Notes under the pieces: generated by a model
What the model was told of the DNA's origin: nothing
Databases searched by the model: none
The model's input: the letters and a program-made list of their open reading frames with translations, nothing else
Shown: positions 1-9,443 of the stretch, in pieces
Layout: each line of letters begins with the position of its first letter
How positions within the stretch are numbered: position 1 is the stretch's first letter
Source: Opitutales bacterium
GTDB taxonomy: Bacteria; Verrucomicrobiota; Verrucomicrobiia; Opitutales; JABSRG01
DNA length: 64,000 nucleotides
NCBI GenBank assembly: GCA_051117635.1
Contig: JBNPEH010000021.1
Location: forward strand, 21,673 to 85,672
Reading direction: 5' to 3'
Made by a program: the position numbers and the translations under genes

Positions 1-1
1 C

Positions 2-349
2 GTGCACAGCTACACGACCCGGCCGCTGGAAGCCTGCCGGTTCGAGAGTCATCGCGCGACGGTCGACATCCAGGTGGTTCTGCAGGGCGCTGAATGGATC
101 GACTGGCACCCAGCCGACGAACTGACCCCGGAGGGAGCCTGGGATGCCGAGCGCGATTTTCAGTTTCATCAACCCCCGGCGGTCCCTCCGCTGGGACGCC
201 TGCGGCTGGTTCCCGGGTTTGCCGCCATCTTTTTCCCCGAGGACGGGCATCGTCCACAGATAGCCGATGGCGACCCCGCTCCGTTGCTCAAAGCCGTGGT
301 CAAGATTCCGCACGCTCTCCTCACCACCCATCCGGATCCCAGCTCATGA
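2..349 (+). CDS. YhcH/YjgK/YiaL (DUF386, EbgC-like) family protein; 5' end off-window
   Basis: The ORF is open to the window edge. 'ESHRATVDIQVVLQGAE' and 'PGFAAIFFPEDGHRP...KAVVKI' match conserved segments of E. coli YhcH as I recall it. The stop overlaps the next start (ATGA 346-349). Confidence 0.6.
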   Translation: MHSYTTRPLEACRFESHRATVDIQVVLQGAEWIDWHPADELTPEGAWDAERDFQFHQPPAVPPLGRLRLVPGFAAIFFPEDGHRPQIADGDPAPLLKAVVKIPHALLTTHPDPSS

Positions 350-978
350 AGGCTATCCCTGATTATTTCAGCCGATACATCGGCGCGCTTCACCAGTGTC
401 TGGACAGCCTGATTGTTACCGATCTCAGGCATGAGCCACTGCCCGCCGACGCAGCCTTTGAGCGGCTGTGTGCCCTGTCTGCGGATGTCCAGGAACGCGG
501 CGGCCGCCAGTACCTCTGCGGCAACGGGGCCAGTGCCGCCTTTGCCAATCATATGGCGCTCGACTGGACCAAGAACGGGGGCGTACCCACCTATTCCTTC
601 AGCGATGCCTCGCTGATCACCGCCATGGGCAACGACCTCGGCTACGACGAGGTCTTTGCCGCTCCACTGGGTTGGTATGGCCGGAAAGGCGACCTCCTGC
701 TGACGATCAGCTCATCGGGCAACTCGCCCAACATCCTGCGGACCATCGCGGTGGCCCGCGAACAGGGCCTGAAGGTCGTCACGCTCTCCGGGCTGAAGAC
801 CGACAACCAGTCCCGTCAGCTCGGCGACCTCAACTTCTACGTCCCCGCCAAGACCTACGGCATCGTCGAGTGCGCCCACCAGGTGCTGCTCCATGTCTGG
901 CTCGACCGCTTCCTCGGGCTCGAAGAATGGAACCGCGAGGCACCCCAGAACATGCGGGCTTCCGAGTATCAGGCCTGA
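346..978 (+). CDS. SIS-domain sugar-phosphate isomerase (GmhA/phosphoheptose-isomerase-like)
   Basis: Start placed at ATG 346 (ATGA overlap with the upstream stop); the upstream part of ORF 94..978 is Arg/Pro/Ser-rich and looks non-coding. SIS signature segments 'YLCGNGASAAFANHMALD' and 'LLLTISSSGNSPNILRTIAVAREQGLKVVTLSG' are present. Confidence 0.7.
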   Translation: MKAIPDYFSRYIGALHQCLDSLIVTDLRHEPLPADAAFERLCALSADVQERGGRQYLCGNGASAAFANHMALDWTKNGGVPTYSFSDASLITAMGNDLGYDEVFAAPLGWYGRKGDLLLTISSSGNSPNILRTIAVAREQGLKVVTLSGLKTDNQSRQLGDLNFYVPAKTYGIVECAHQVLLHVWLDRFLGLEEWNREAPQNMRASEYQA

Positions 979-1742
979 TGCGGTTAGACGACGAACAGCG
1001 ACTGGCGCTGGCCAGACAGGCGGCGGAACGCGCCGCCGGGGCGCTGCGGCCCTTCCTGAACGGGCAGGCGGGGGTCCTGGCCGCCGACGGTCGTGACATC
1101 AAAACGCGTGCCGACCTGGCAGCGGAAGCCGCTTTGCTCGAAGCCCTGGCCGGTACCGGGCCCGTGCTGGCTGAGGAGTCCGGAGCCTCGGCCGGTGTCG
1201 ACCTCGAGGCAGGGACCTGGGTTATCGATCCGCTCGACGGCACGCTCAATTTCACCCGGGGGTTCCCCATGGCCGCGGTGTCGGTCGCCTGGTGGGCGGG
1301 CGGTGAACCCCGCCTCGGTGTCGTGCTCGATTTGGGCTCGGGCGACTGCTTTGAGGGCTGTGTCGGGTCGGGCGCCAGGCTGAATGGTCGCCAAATAGCC
1401 GTTTCCGACATCCAGGACCCGGGTCAGGCGATCCTGGCCACTGGCTTCCCGTCCGGTGCCAGCCAGGACACGGACGTGTTGCTGCCATTCCTGCGCCGGC
1501 TCCAACGGGTCAAGAAGGTGCGCCTGCTGGGCTCGGCGGCACTGTCGCTCGCGCAGGTCGCCGCCGGCCGGTTTGACCTCTATCACGAGGACGGCATCTG
1601 GCTGTGGGATGTTGCGGCCGGCCTGGCGCTGGTCCGGGCCGCCGGCGGTAAAATCGCGCCGCTTGAAATCCGTGACGACTGGACCTGCAATTGCCTCGCC
1701 TCAAACGGGCATCTGCCTTTGAACCAACTGCTCGATTCCTGA
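978..1742 (+). CDS. inositol-monophosphatase-family sugar phosphatase
   Basis: ATG 978 overlaps the upstream TGA (976-978). IMPase motifs present: 'WVIDPLDGTLNF', 'LGSAALSLAQVAAGRFD', 'WDVAAGLALVRAAGG'. Confidence 0.75.
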   Translation: MRLDDEQRLALARQAAERAAGALRPFLNGQAGVLAADGRDIKTRADLAAEAALLEALAGTGPVLAEESGASAGVDLEAGTWVIDPLDGTLNFTRGFPMAAVSVAWWAGGEPRLGVVLDLGSGDCFEGCVGSGARLNGRQIAVSDIQDPGQAILATGFPSGASQDTDVLLPFLRRLQRVKKVRLLGSAALSLAQVAAGRFDLYHEDGIWLWDVAAGLALVRAAGGKIAPLEIRDDWTCNCLASNGHLPLNQLLDS

Positions 1743-1747
1743 GCCCG

Positions 1748-2557
1748 ATGCCTGCCTTCTGGAAAAACACCTCGACCCTCGATCGTCTCGTTCCGGCGCT
1801 GCAGGAGACCGTGGACCCTGCCGAGGCCGAATGGGCCGTCCTCGGTAGCCGACCGATGCCCGACCTGGATGCCTTTCCCCGGCTGCAGGGCATCTTTAAG
1901 TGCGGCATCGGCACCGACAATGTGCCGTTTGAGGCGGCGGCCGAACGGGGCATCCGGGTCTGTCTGCCCGGCCCGGAAACCGCTGCCGTCATTCACCGGG
2001 AAACCGCCCACTTCGCGGTCAGCCTGATCCTGCGCATGCTCTACAGCCGGGTAGGAGACCTCGACCGGTGGGAAAAATCACCGCGTCCCGCCCTGACCGA
2101 GCGAACGGTCCTGGTGGTGGGCACCGGCAACATCGGCGGCCGGGTGGCCGCCGCGCTCAAGCCGTTTCTGCGGGTCCTGACCTATGACAGCGCGCACGAC
2201 GCACCGGCTGTACTCCGGGAAGCGCTGCCGCAGGCCGACGTCGTGTCGCTTCATGTGCCGCTGACCCGGGACACGCGTGGCCTGGTCGATCCGGCCTGGC
2301 TCACCTCCATGAAGGATGGCGCCGCGCTGGTGAACACAGCCCGGGGACCCCTGGTCGATGAACAGGCGCTCCTGGCCGAGCTGAAGAGCGGCCGTCTGTC
2401 CGCCGCCTTTGATGTCTTCTGGCAGGAACCCTACAACGGGCCGTTGCGTGCATTGCATCCCTTCCCTTTTTTCATGACACCCCACGTCGCCAGTACCTGC
2501 CAGGCCTTCCTCGACGGGCTGGCCCGTGACCTCAACCAGTGCCTGACCCATGCCTGA
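1748..2557 (+). CDS. D-isomer-specific 2-hydroxyacid dehydrogenase family protein
   Basis: ATG 1748 lies just after the upstream stop. 'VLVVGTGNIGGRVA' is a GxGxxG motif. 'LVNTARGPLVDEQAL', 'DVFWQEP' and 'MTPHVAS' follow the Arg/Glu/His catalytic pattern. Confidence 0.7.
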   Translation: MPAFWKNTSTLDRLVPALQETVDPAEAEWAVLGSRPMPDLDAFPRLQGIFKCGIGTDNVPFEAAAERGIRVCLPGPETAAVIHRETAHFAVSLILRMLYSRVGDLDRWEKSPRPALTERTVLVVGTGNIGGRVAAALKPFLRVLTYDSAHDAPAVLREALPQADVVSLHVPLTRDTRGLVDPAWLTSMKDGAALVNTARGPLVDEQALLAELKSGRLSAAFDVFWQEPYNGPLRALHPFPFFMTPHVASTCQAFLDGLARDLNQCLTHA

Positions 2558-3572
2558 TCCCGCAAAGGCCCGGGAGCCTCCCATTCGCTGCGGCATCATC
2601 GGCTACGGGAAAATGGGCCGGATCCGCGCCGAGGCCATCCGCGAATCCGGACGCGGCGTCGTCCAGGGGATCTACGATCCGGTGAATCCCGCCCCCGATG
2701 GCCTCCATGCCTATTCGGACGAAACCGCCCTGATCGAGGACCCGGCCATCGACGCCGTCTTTGTCTGCACGCCGAATTACCGGATTCCCGACCTCTGCAA
2801 ACAGGCGCTGTCAGCCGGCAAACATGTCTTCGCCGAAAAGCCGCCCGCCTTCAACGCCGCCCAGCTCGAGGAGGTCATCGCGGTCGAAAAACAGGCCGGC
2901 AAAGTCCTTATGTATGGCTTCAATCACCGGCACCACGCCAGTATCCAGAAGATGAAGCAGATCGTCGACAGCGGCGAGCTGGGGAAGATCCTCTGGATGC
3001 GGGGTCGCTACGGCAAGGAGGTCGACGAGGCCTACTTCAAAGGCTGGCGCGCGGACCCCAAACTCGCCGGCGGGGGCATCCTCCTCGACCAGGGCATCCA
3101 CATGCTCGACCTGTTCCTCTACTTCGCCGGGCCCTTCGACGAAATTCATGCCCTCGTCTCCAACCTCTTCTGGAAAACTCCCGGCCTCGAAGACAATGTC
3201 TTCGCCATCATGAAAAACAGCCAGTCCGGTGTCTGCGCCTCCCTCCACTCCACCATGACCCAGTGGCGCTATCTGTTCTCACTCGAAGTGTTTCTCGAAA
3301 AGGGCGCGCTGGTGCTGAATGGTCTGAAAACCTCATCCGGTGCTTACGGCGACGAAGACCTCGCCATCAAACGCAATACCCGAAACCCCGAACAGGGCCA
3401 GTTCGATCAGGAGGAGCATCTGGTCTATAAGACTAATATTTCCTGGGGTTCAGAGGTTGAGTTGTTTTTTGATTCATTAGCCGCCAATAAAGTTCCATTA
3501 TTGGGCTCATCAGCATGTGCGCTCAACCTAATGAATACGATAGATAAAATCTATGATACAGGACAGGATTGA
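2550..3572 (+). CDS. Gfo/Idh/MocA-family NAD(P)-dependent oxidoreductase
   Basis: ATG 2550 overlaps the upstream stop. Contains the Rossmann motif 'IRCGIIGYGKMGR' and the 'HVFAEKP' EKP motif. The last ~150 nt already lie in AT-rich sequence. Confidence 0.75.
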   Translation: MPDPAKAREPPIRCGIIGYGKMGRIRAEAIRESGRGVVQGIYDPVNPAPDGLHAYSDETALIEDPAIDAVFVCTPNYRIPDLCKQALSAGKHVFAEKPPAFNAAQLEEVIAVEKQAGKVLMYGFNHRHHASIQKMKQIVDSGELGKILWMRGRYGKEVDEAYFKGWRADPKLAGGGILLDQGIHMLDLFLYFAGPFDEIHALVSNLFWKTPGLEDNVFAIMKNSQSGVCASLHSTMTQWRYLFSLEVFLEKGALVLNGLKTSSGAYGDEDLAIKRNTRNPEQGQFDQEEHLVYKTNISWGSEVELFFDSLAANKVPLLGSSACALNLMNTIDKIYDTGQD

Positions 3573-4290
3573 AGCAAAATTAGACTTTTTGAAAAGTATT
3601 CCATCTTGGCTTGCACTAAAAAATAAGCATATCGGGAAACGCGGTTTTGTCATTGGCAATGGCCCAAGCTTGAATGCGGGCCAATTGGATTTGCTAAAGG
3701 ACGAAATAACCATTGCATCTAACAAAATCTACTTGGTTTTCAATGAAACTGAATGGAGGCCGAAGTATTACACAATATCAGATAATTTAGTCTGGCAAAA
3801 AGTTGGCAATATTGTTGGTTCCTATTTTGATAAAGTTTATACTTCAAACAGTAATCGAGGTAACCCGGAAGGTGTAAAAAAAGTCGTATGGAGAAACAGG
3901 GGTAAGGTTTTAGAACCTCGCAATGGTTTTTTTTCTAGGTCGCCGATTTTAGGCTTATTCGGTGGTTCAACTGTAACTTTTGACAACATGCAGTTAGCAG
4001 TTTTTATGGGTTTGAATCCTATTTACCTTATCGGGTGTGATCATTTTTACGATGAAGCTAAAAACGCTGAAGAACTAAAGCCAATACGGCATGAAAATAA
4101 ATCCAACCATTTTCATAAGGATTATCGAAAGCCCGGAGAATTAGTTAATCCTGCACCTATAGCCCAAATGGATCTGGCTTACGGTGCAGCCGCAGATTTT
4201 GCGACTAAAAACAAATGGATGATAAAAAATCTAACTCCGGGCGGTTTTTTGGAAGCCTTCCCCAGGGATTCATTAGAAACTATACTCTAG
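3553..4290 (+). CDS. DUF115/MptE-like putative glycosyltransferase (Maf / sialyltransferase-like GNGPSL motif)
   Basis: 'GFVIGNGPSLN', 'IASN' and 'IYLIGCDHFY' resemble the nucleotide-sugar-binding core of DUF115 Maf proteins and GT42 Cst-II ('AGNGPSL'). The call is from motif memory only. Confidence 0.5.
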   Translation: MIQDRIEAKLDFLKSIPSWLALKNKHIGKRGFVIGNGPSLNAGQLDLLKDEITIASNKIYLVFNETEWRPKYYTISDNLVWQKVGNIVGSYFDKVYTSNSNRGNPEGVKKVVWRNRGKVLEPRNGFFSRSPILGLFGGSTVTFDNMQLAVFMGLNPIYLIGCDHFYDEAKNAEELKPIRHENKSNHFHKDYRKPGELVNPAPIAQMDLAYGAAADFATKNKWMIKNLTPGGFLEAFPRDSLETIL

Positions 4291-4297
4291 CCTCTTA

Positions 4298-5251
4298 ATG
4301 CCTGTAACTCTATCGATAGTAATCAATAATTACAATTATGCCCATTTCCTTGGTCAAGCAATTGAAAGTGCCATTGCTCTAGAATGGTCGCCCAAGGAGG
4401 TGATTGTTGTGGACGATGGGTCAACTGATAATTCTAAAAATGTTATTTTAAATTTTAGAGATAAGATAAAATATGCATTTAAAGAAAATGGTGGTCAAGC
4501 ATCCGCCTTTAACAAAGGTTTTGAATTGGCAACCGGTGATTATGTTTGGTTTTTGGATGCTGATGACTACATAAGGCCAGATTCAGTCAGGCATTTAATC
4601 AAAGCACTCTCTTCATCACCTGAAATTTGTCATTTTAATTTTTCTACTATACGGTCTGACGGGTCGTTAATTAAAAATAAAGCTGCTAATAAATTTCCAT
4701 CTAACTACGTTGATGAGAAATGCATTTCCTCCACATTAAAATCGTGGTATCCGCCTACATCAGCAAATGTCTTTAAGATGAAATTGTTACAAAAAATATT
4801 TCCAATACCAAATGTTTGGAGGATAAGTGCAGATACTTTTCTTATTCTAAATTCAAGAATGGAGGGCGAGTATTGCTTTTATAACGAGGCGATTGTCGCT
4901 TATCGAATTCATGAGCAAAATAATTTTAACTTACTAGTACAAAAACCAGACAAGCAACGCCTATCAAATATTGGTTGGACTATGTATCGTAAGTACATTC
5001 TGACTGAAAATTTGTTCTATAAAAATACTAAGAAGCGCCCACCTCATCCCTTGATGAGTCCGGGTGAATTGTTTAACATGCTTTATCTGCCAAAATTAAA
5101 TAAAGATTCACCGATTACTTGTTTAGAAATAATGTTTCTAATGCTTAGATTTGATAAAAAGGAAATTTTCTCAAACTGGAAGGTGATTTTAAAGTTCGCT
5201 TTGTTACTTTTCCTTCCACTTAAATTTGTAAAAAAAGTTAAATCAAAATGA
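4298..5251 (+). CDS. family-2 glycosyltransferase
   Basis: 'LSIVINNYNYAHFLGQAIESA', 'VIVVDDGSTDNS' and the DxD motif 'WFLDADDY' are present. Confidence 0.8.
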   Translation: MPVTLSIVINNYNYAHFLGQAIESAIALEWSPKEVIVVDDGSTDNSKNVILNFRDKIKYAFKENGGQASAFNKGFELATGDYVWFLDADDYIRPDSVRHLIKALSSSPEICHFNFSTIRSDGSLIKNKAANKFPSNYVDEKCISSTLKSWYPPTSANVFKMKLLQKIFPIPNVWRISADTFLILNSRMEGEYCFYNEAIVAYRIHEQNNFNLLVQKPDKQRLSNIGWTMYRKYILTENLFYKNTKKRPPHPLMSPGELFNMLYLPKLNKDSPITCLEIMFLMLRFDKKEIFSNWKVILKFALLLFLPLKFVKKVKSK

Positions 5252-6111
5252 ATATTGTTCTTACATCTAACCGGGCTTTCTTAGTAAGAACATTTGCAAC
5301 AATTTTTTCTATTGAAAAATTTAGTTCTGTTAAAAACAAATACTTTATTTTAATTGAAGAAAATAATAAGAATCTATCTAATAGGATAAGTCAATTTTCT
5401 GAAATGTACGGATTTGACATTTGCTATATTGAAATAGACAGGCAGCTTTTTAACGGATTGCCAATTAATTCTAGAATTAGTAGTGAGACATACTTTAGAT
5501 TAGCGATTCCCACAATATTTAAAGGTCGCTATTCTGAACTGGTTTATGTCGACTCTGATTTTCTTTTTTTAGATGATATAGAACGTTTAATACCCAAAAC
5601 CAAAATGGAAAAATTCCTGTCTGCAGTCCCTGATCCATTAATTTGTAGAGGAGGACATAAAGAGAATTGGAGAGACACTTCATATTTTAATGCCGGACTA
5701 TTAGTATTTAATTTAAATCAGAATCATAATTTGATTCAATATGCCCAAGAAAACATTAGATTTATTCTAAGTAAAGAAGATCCTTACCTTTTTGATCAAG
5801 ATATCTTAAACTACTACTTAAATGGAGATTTCATCCAAATGCCCTACAAATGGAATATGCAAACAAAGTTCTTTAAACGAATTAATCTAGCTAAAAAGAA
5901 AGGGCTAACTAGTGAAGATTTTTTAAAACCAGCTGCTATTCATTTTTCCGGAAATTTAAAACCTTGGATTCGCGGAGTTTATCATCCATATAAAGATATT
6001 TATCTAAGCCATCTATCTGAACTAATCGATGATGCCGATTGCGTTAAAAAAGCACCCCTCAGGGTGATCAGTTTTAAAATTGCCCAATTTCTTTCAATCT
6101 TTGAAAAATAA
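5248..6111 (+). CDS. family-8 glycosyltransferase (RfaJ/LgtC-like)
   Basis: ATGA overlap with the upstream gene. DxD motif in 'VYVDSDFLFLDD'; C-terminal 'IHFSGNLKPW' is typical of GT8. Confidence 0.75.
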   Translation: MNIVLTSNRAFLVRTFATIFSIEKFSSVKNKYFILIEENNKNLSNRISQFSEMYGFDICYIEIDRQLFNGLPINSRISSETYFRLAIPTIFKGRYSELVYVDSDFLFLDDIERLIPKTKMEKFLSAVPDPLICRGGHKENWRDTSYFNAGLLVFNLNQNHNLIQYAQENIRFILSKEDPYLFDQDILNYYLNGDFIQMPYKWNMQTKFFKRINLAKKKGLTSEDFLKPAAIHFSGNLKPWIRGVYHPYKDIYLSHLSELIDDADCVKKAPLRVISFKIAQFLSIFEK

Positions 6112-6113
6112 CA

Positions 6114-7439
6114 ATGGAATTCAGAATTGCCAGATGTGTTTTTTATAGTGTTTTCTTTGTCATTCTTTTTTTGCCTCTGCGGGGAGACCTTTTATTTTCT
6201 ATCGTCGGCTGTGTGTTTCTGCTAGATATAGCTATAATTTATTTGGGAAAACGTAGTCAATTGAATCCGATTTCCTTTTTTCAACTGGGATTTATTTTTA
6301 TATTATGCATGGAGGGTATTTTTAGCTATAAAATAATAAGTGGTATTGTTGGCGAAGATAATGTTGATTTCGCTGTTCAGTTGCTAAGTCAAGGAGGAGC
6401 TCTCTTAATTTTAGGTTATTTGGTTTGTGAGAAGGAAGTTGGTAGGCATGGGATGCTGTTTTTGAAAAATCCCGCCCACGGCAAAAATTTAGTAATTTTA
6501 TTTTATATAATTTGTATATACCAATTCCTTCCGATGGCGTATTTTACTATTCGGTTTGGCAGGCATTATGGCTATGGGAATGAATTCGCAGCGATAAATA
6601 TATTACCATCCTTTCTAGTCTTTCCCCTTTTTATTATTTCAATTCTTGCCCCGTCCCTTATATGTATTTATTTTAAAGCAATCGGTTGTAGGAATTGGAC
6701 AAGAAAAAGCTTGATTTACGCTGCCCCTTTACTTCTTTTAATTATTTTAGGGGGAAGAAGATATATGATTTTATATGCCTTTCTTCCCGTTATTTTTATT
6801 TGTTTTGGTGGCCAAGATCTCCAACTTAAAAAAATTATCCGACTATCAGTTGTAGGCCTTTTAATTTTAGCCAGCGCGGTGTCGACTTATTATTTAAGAT
6901 GGGGAATCGATAATCTTTCCGTGGACCTTCTCCAAGAGCGAGTTTTTGATGTATCTACTACTTTTAATGAGAATGCAGTTCGAAGAATGGCTTTAGCGAC
7001 AGATTATTATCGTTTTGAAAGTCATGAACCTTTCCATAACACCGCATATATTTTCACTTTTTTCATCCCTCGAGTTTTTTGGCAAGATAAACCAATAAAA
7101 ATGGAGATTTGGTTTCCTCAAGTATACGAAAGGGAACGTCGCAGATCATCATATTCTGCGAGTATGAGCTTTATGGCCCCATTCTATGGGGATTTTGGTT
7201 ACGGGCTATCCCTAGTTTTTGCTTGCCTGTTGGGGGTATTTATTTCCTTTATTCGAAATCTATTAACAAGCCGCCTCTTACAAATGGGACAATTTACGGA
7301 TGCTATTAATGGTGTATTGGCAGCGGGATTGTTTTTTTTGCCAAGGCAACTTGGAACAGCTTGGGCCCAGACAATTGGATTTTTAATCATTATAATTGCT
7401 ATAAGATTTTTCTTCTTCTCAAGGTATGAAAAAGTTTAA
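6114..7439 (+). CDS. polytopic membrane protein, putative O-antigen/EPS polymerase (Wzy-like)
   Basis: 441 aa with roughly ten or more hydrophobic segments and no soluble domain. It is embedded between glycosyltransferase genes. The function is inferred from context. Confidence 0.5.
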   Translation: MEFRIARCVFYSVFFVILFLPLRGDLLFSIVGCVFLLDIAIIYLGKRSQLNPISFFQLGFIFILCMEGIFSYKIISGIVGEDNVDFAVQLLSQGGALLILGYLVCEKEVGRHGMLFLKNPAHGKNLVILFYIICIYQFLPMAYFTIRFGRHYGYGNEFAAINILPSFLVFPLFIISILAPSLICIYFKAIGCRNWTRKSLIYAAPLLLLIILGGRRYMILYAFLPVIFICFGGQDLQLKKIIRLSVVGLLILASAVSTYYLRWGIDNLSVDLLQERVFDVSTTFNENAVRRMALATDYYRFESHEPFHNTAYIFTFFIPRVFWQDKPIKMEIWFPQVYERERRRSSYSASMSFMAPFYGDFGYGLSLVFACLLGVFISFIRNLLTSRLLQMGQFTDAINGVLAAGLFFLPRQLGTAWAQTIGFLIIIIAIRFFFFSRYEKV

Positions 7440-8280
7440 TTTGTTTATAATTGGGGCCCAAAAGACAGGTTCTTCGTATTTACATTTCTTGCTTTTAAAT
7501 CAAAATGAAATAAGTGGTCCAAGAGAGGAGATTGATAGTTTTGATCTTCCTAATGGAAAGCTGAATTTTCCTCTCCAAAACACTCCATATAGGTTGTGTA
7601 AACGAGCAAATTTGTTGGCAAATCTTGACGCCGCAAATAGGATTCATAAGTATAACAAGGATGCTAAAATCCTAGTAGTCCTACGAAACCCTGTTAGTAG
7701 GTTAGAATCTTCGATTCGTCATTATATGAGACTAGGACTTCTGGAGTTTAAACCCTTAGATTTTTATGGCGCGAAAATTTTAAACGATAATTGGTCTGAA
7801 TTAAATAAACCGTTGCAACTTGCTGTCCAATTCTCGCTTTATGGGAAGTATCTTTTAGAATGGATCAAGATCTTTGGCTGTCAGCAAGTTTTAATTATAA
7901 AAGAAAATGAAATAAAATCAAAAGAGTGTTTAAAGCATATGTTAGAAGGATTTCTTTGCTTGAAATCTCCCCTAGTTTTTAAGAATATAAGCAATGCGTA
8001 TAGCAAAACAATACCAAATAATTATAATCTTTACAAGTTAAGTAATCGTTCGGCGAAATTTTTTTGGAAAAGACAAGGCGAATGCAAAATTAAAAGAAGG
8101 AGGCCTATTTTCTTAAGCCGCACAGTAAATTATGTGCTCTTAAGAACTTTCATCTTTTGTTTTAGAGCGGAAGATGTGAAAGGCAAAAAATTGTTGGCCT
8201 TTTCCCCGGAATTTAGAAGTAGTCTGTTTGTAATCTTTAAAGAAGATCAAAGACTATTATCTACCTTAGTGAAATCTTGA
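7426..8280 (+). CDS. PAPS-type sulfotransferase family protein
   Basis: 'FIIGAQKTGSSYL' resembles the 5'-phosphosulfate-binding loop and 'VVLRNPVSRLESS' the 3'-phosphate-binding motif. Confidence 0.6.
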   Translation: MKKFNLFIIGAQKTGSSYLHFLLLNQNEISGPREEIDSFDLPNGKLNFPLQNTPYRLCKRANLLANLDAANRIHKYNKDAKILVVLRNPVSRLESSIRHYMRLGLLEFKPLDFYGAKILNDNWSELNKPLQLAVQFSLYGKYLLEWIKIFGCQQVLIIKENEIKSKECLKHMLEGFLCLKSPLVFKNISNAYSKTIPNNYNLYKLSNRSAKFFWKRQGECKIKRRRPIFLSRTVNYVLLRTFIFCFRAEDVKGKKLLAFSPEFRSSLFVIFKEDQRLLSTLVKS

Positions 8281-9428
8281 AAATTATAATTTACTGGGAA
8301 TATTTCCAACGCTACCACAATGCGCGTTTGTCAGCGTTGATTCGTCTGGCTGAGAAGCAGGGTCATTTAGTTCTCCCGGTTTCCCTTTCAGAAAAAGGCC
8401 ACCATGGCCATCGAACCGAGCGCGATCCGTTTGTTGACTCCAGAGCCATTCATCTTGCAGGCAAACAAGCATCGCGGCCTATCAATGATCCCGTCATCGT
8501 TGATCAGTTCGTTGACCTTTTAGAAAAAGAAAGGCCCGATGTTGTTTCCATTGTGGGTTGGTATGGGCGCGGTACTTATCGAATTTTAAAATGGGCAAAA
8601 AAAAATTCTAAAAAGATTATTTTATTGCTGGCCGGAAGCCAACATGACAAACGGCGTAATCCACTGAAAGAGGCCTACAAGCGCTATTTTATTTTGTCCA
8701 AGGTTGATGCTGTTCTTTGCGGAGGTAAACCGCATGTCCGATATGCCTCCCGTTTGGGAATGAACAAGTCCTCAATTTTCACCGGTTACAATGCTGTGGA
8801 CAACGACTTCTGGGCTTCAGCGGGCGAAGAGTCCCGAATGCGGTCCAGGGAACTCGCCGATAAGCTGGGCTTTCGCCCGAAACAATTCTTTGTTACGGCT
8901 GGGCGGTTTATCCCCAAGAAAAATTTTGAAGCCCTTATTGAGCAATATTCTTATTACCGTGCTCAATTTTGTGCTGAGCCATGGGATTTAGTAATCGTGG
9001 GCGACGGTGAGTTACGCCCACGGTTGGAATTTAAAATCACTCAGCTTGGCCTGAACAATCACGTACACCTCCCAGGCTACCTTTCGAGTGAAGAATTGGC
9101 CCCTTATTTTGGACTGGCCGGCGCTTTCGTTCTACCAAGTTCTGGTTTTGAACAATGGGGATTGGTCGTAAATGAGGCGATGGCAGCCGGTTTGCCGGTC
9201 ATCGTGAGTACCGTGTGTGGGTGTTGTGAGGATCTTGTTGTTGATGGGGAAACCGGCTTCAGCTTTTCGCCTGAAAGGATGGATGACCTGGCTCTCGCAA
9301 TGGAAAAGATTTCAGGTGATGAAGCAATGCGGGATAAAATGGCTTCTCTGGCTGCGAAACATATTCAAGGTTATTCTTCTGACGTCTTTGCTACCAACTT
9401 CCTCAAAGCCTGCAAACATTGTAAGTAA
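8277..9428 (+). CDS. GT4 (GT-B fold) glycosyltransferase
   Basis: TTG start overlaps the upstream TGA. EX7E region 'GFEQWGLVVNEAMAAGLPVIVS...GETGF' is present. Confidence 0.8.
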   Translation: MKIIIYWEYFQRYHNARLSALIRLAEKQGHLVLPVSLSEKGHHGHRTERDPFVDSRAIHLAGKQASRPINDPVIVDQFVDLLEKERPDVVSIVGWYGRGTYRILKWAKKNSKKIILLLAGSQHDKRRNPLKEAYKRYFILSKVDAVLCGGKPHVRYASRLGMNKSSIFTGYNAVDNDFWASAGEESRMRSRELADKLGFRPKQFFVTAGRFIPKKNFEALIEQYSYYRAQFCAEPWDLVIVGDGELRPRLEFKITQLGLNNHVHLPGYLSSEELAPYFGLAGAFVLPSSGFEQWGLVVNEAMAAGLPVIVSTVCGCCEDLVVDGETGFSFSPERMDDLALAMEKISGDEAMRDKMASLAAKHIQGYSSDVFATNFLKACKHCK

Positions 9429-9443
9429 TTATTATAAAGGTTC

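Noticed and set aside
94-977. N-terminal extensions of ORFs 94..978 and 468..1742 (similarly 1691, 10489, 24490, 32779, 42617, 42888, 49682, 52866)
   Set aside because: The extended regions overlap the preceding genes in another frame and translate to Arg/Pro/Ser-rich sequence. Internal ATGs positioned at or overlapping the upstream stop give N-termini typical of the families.
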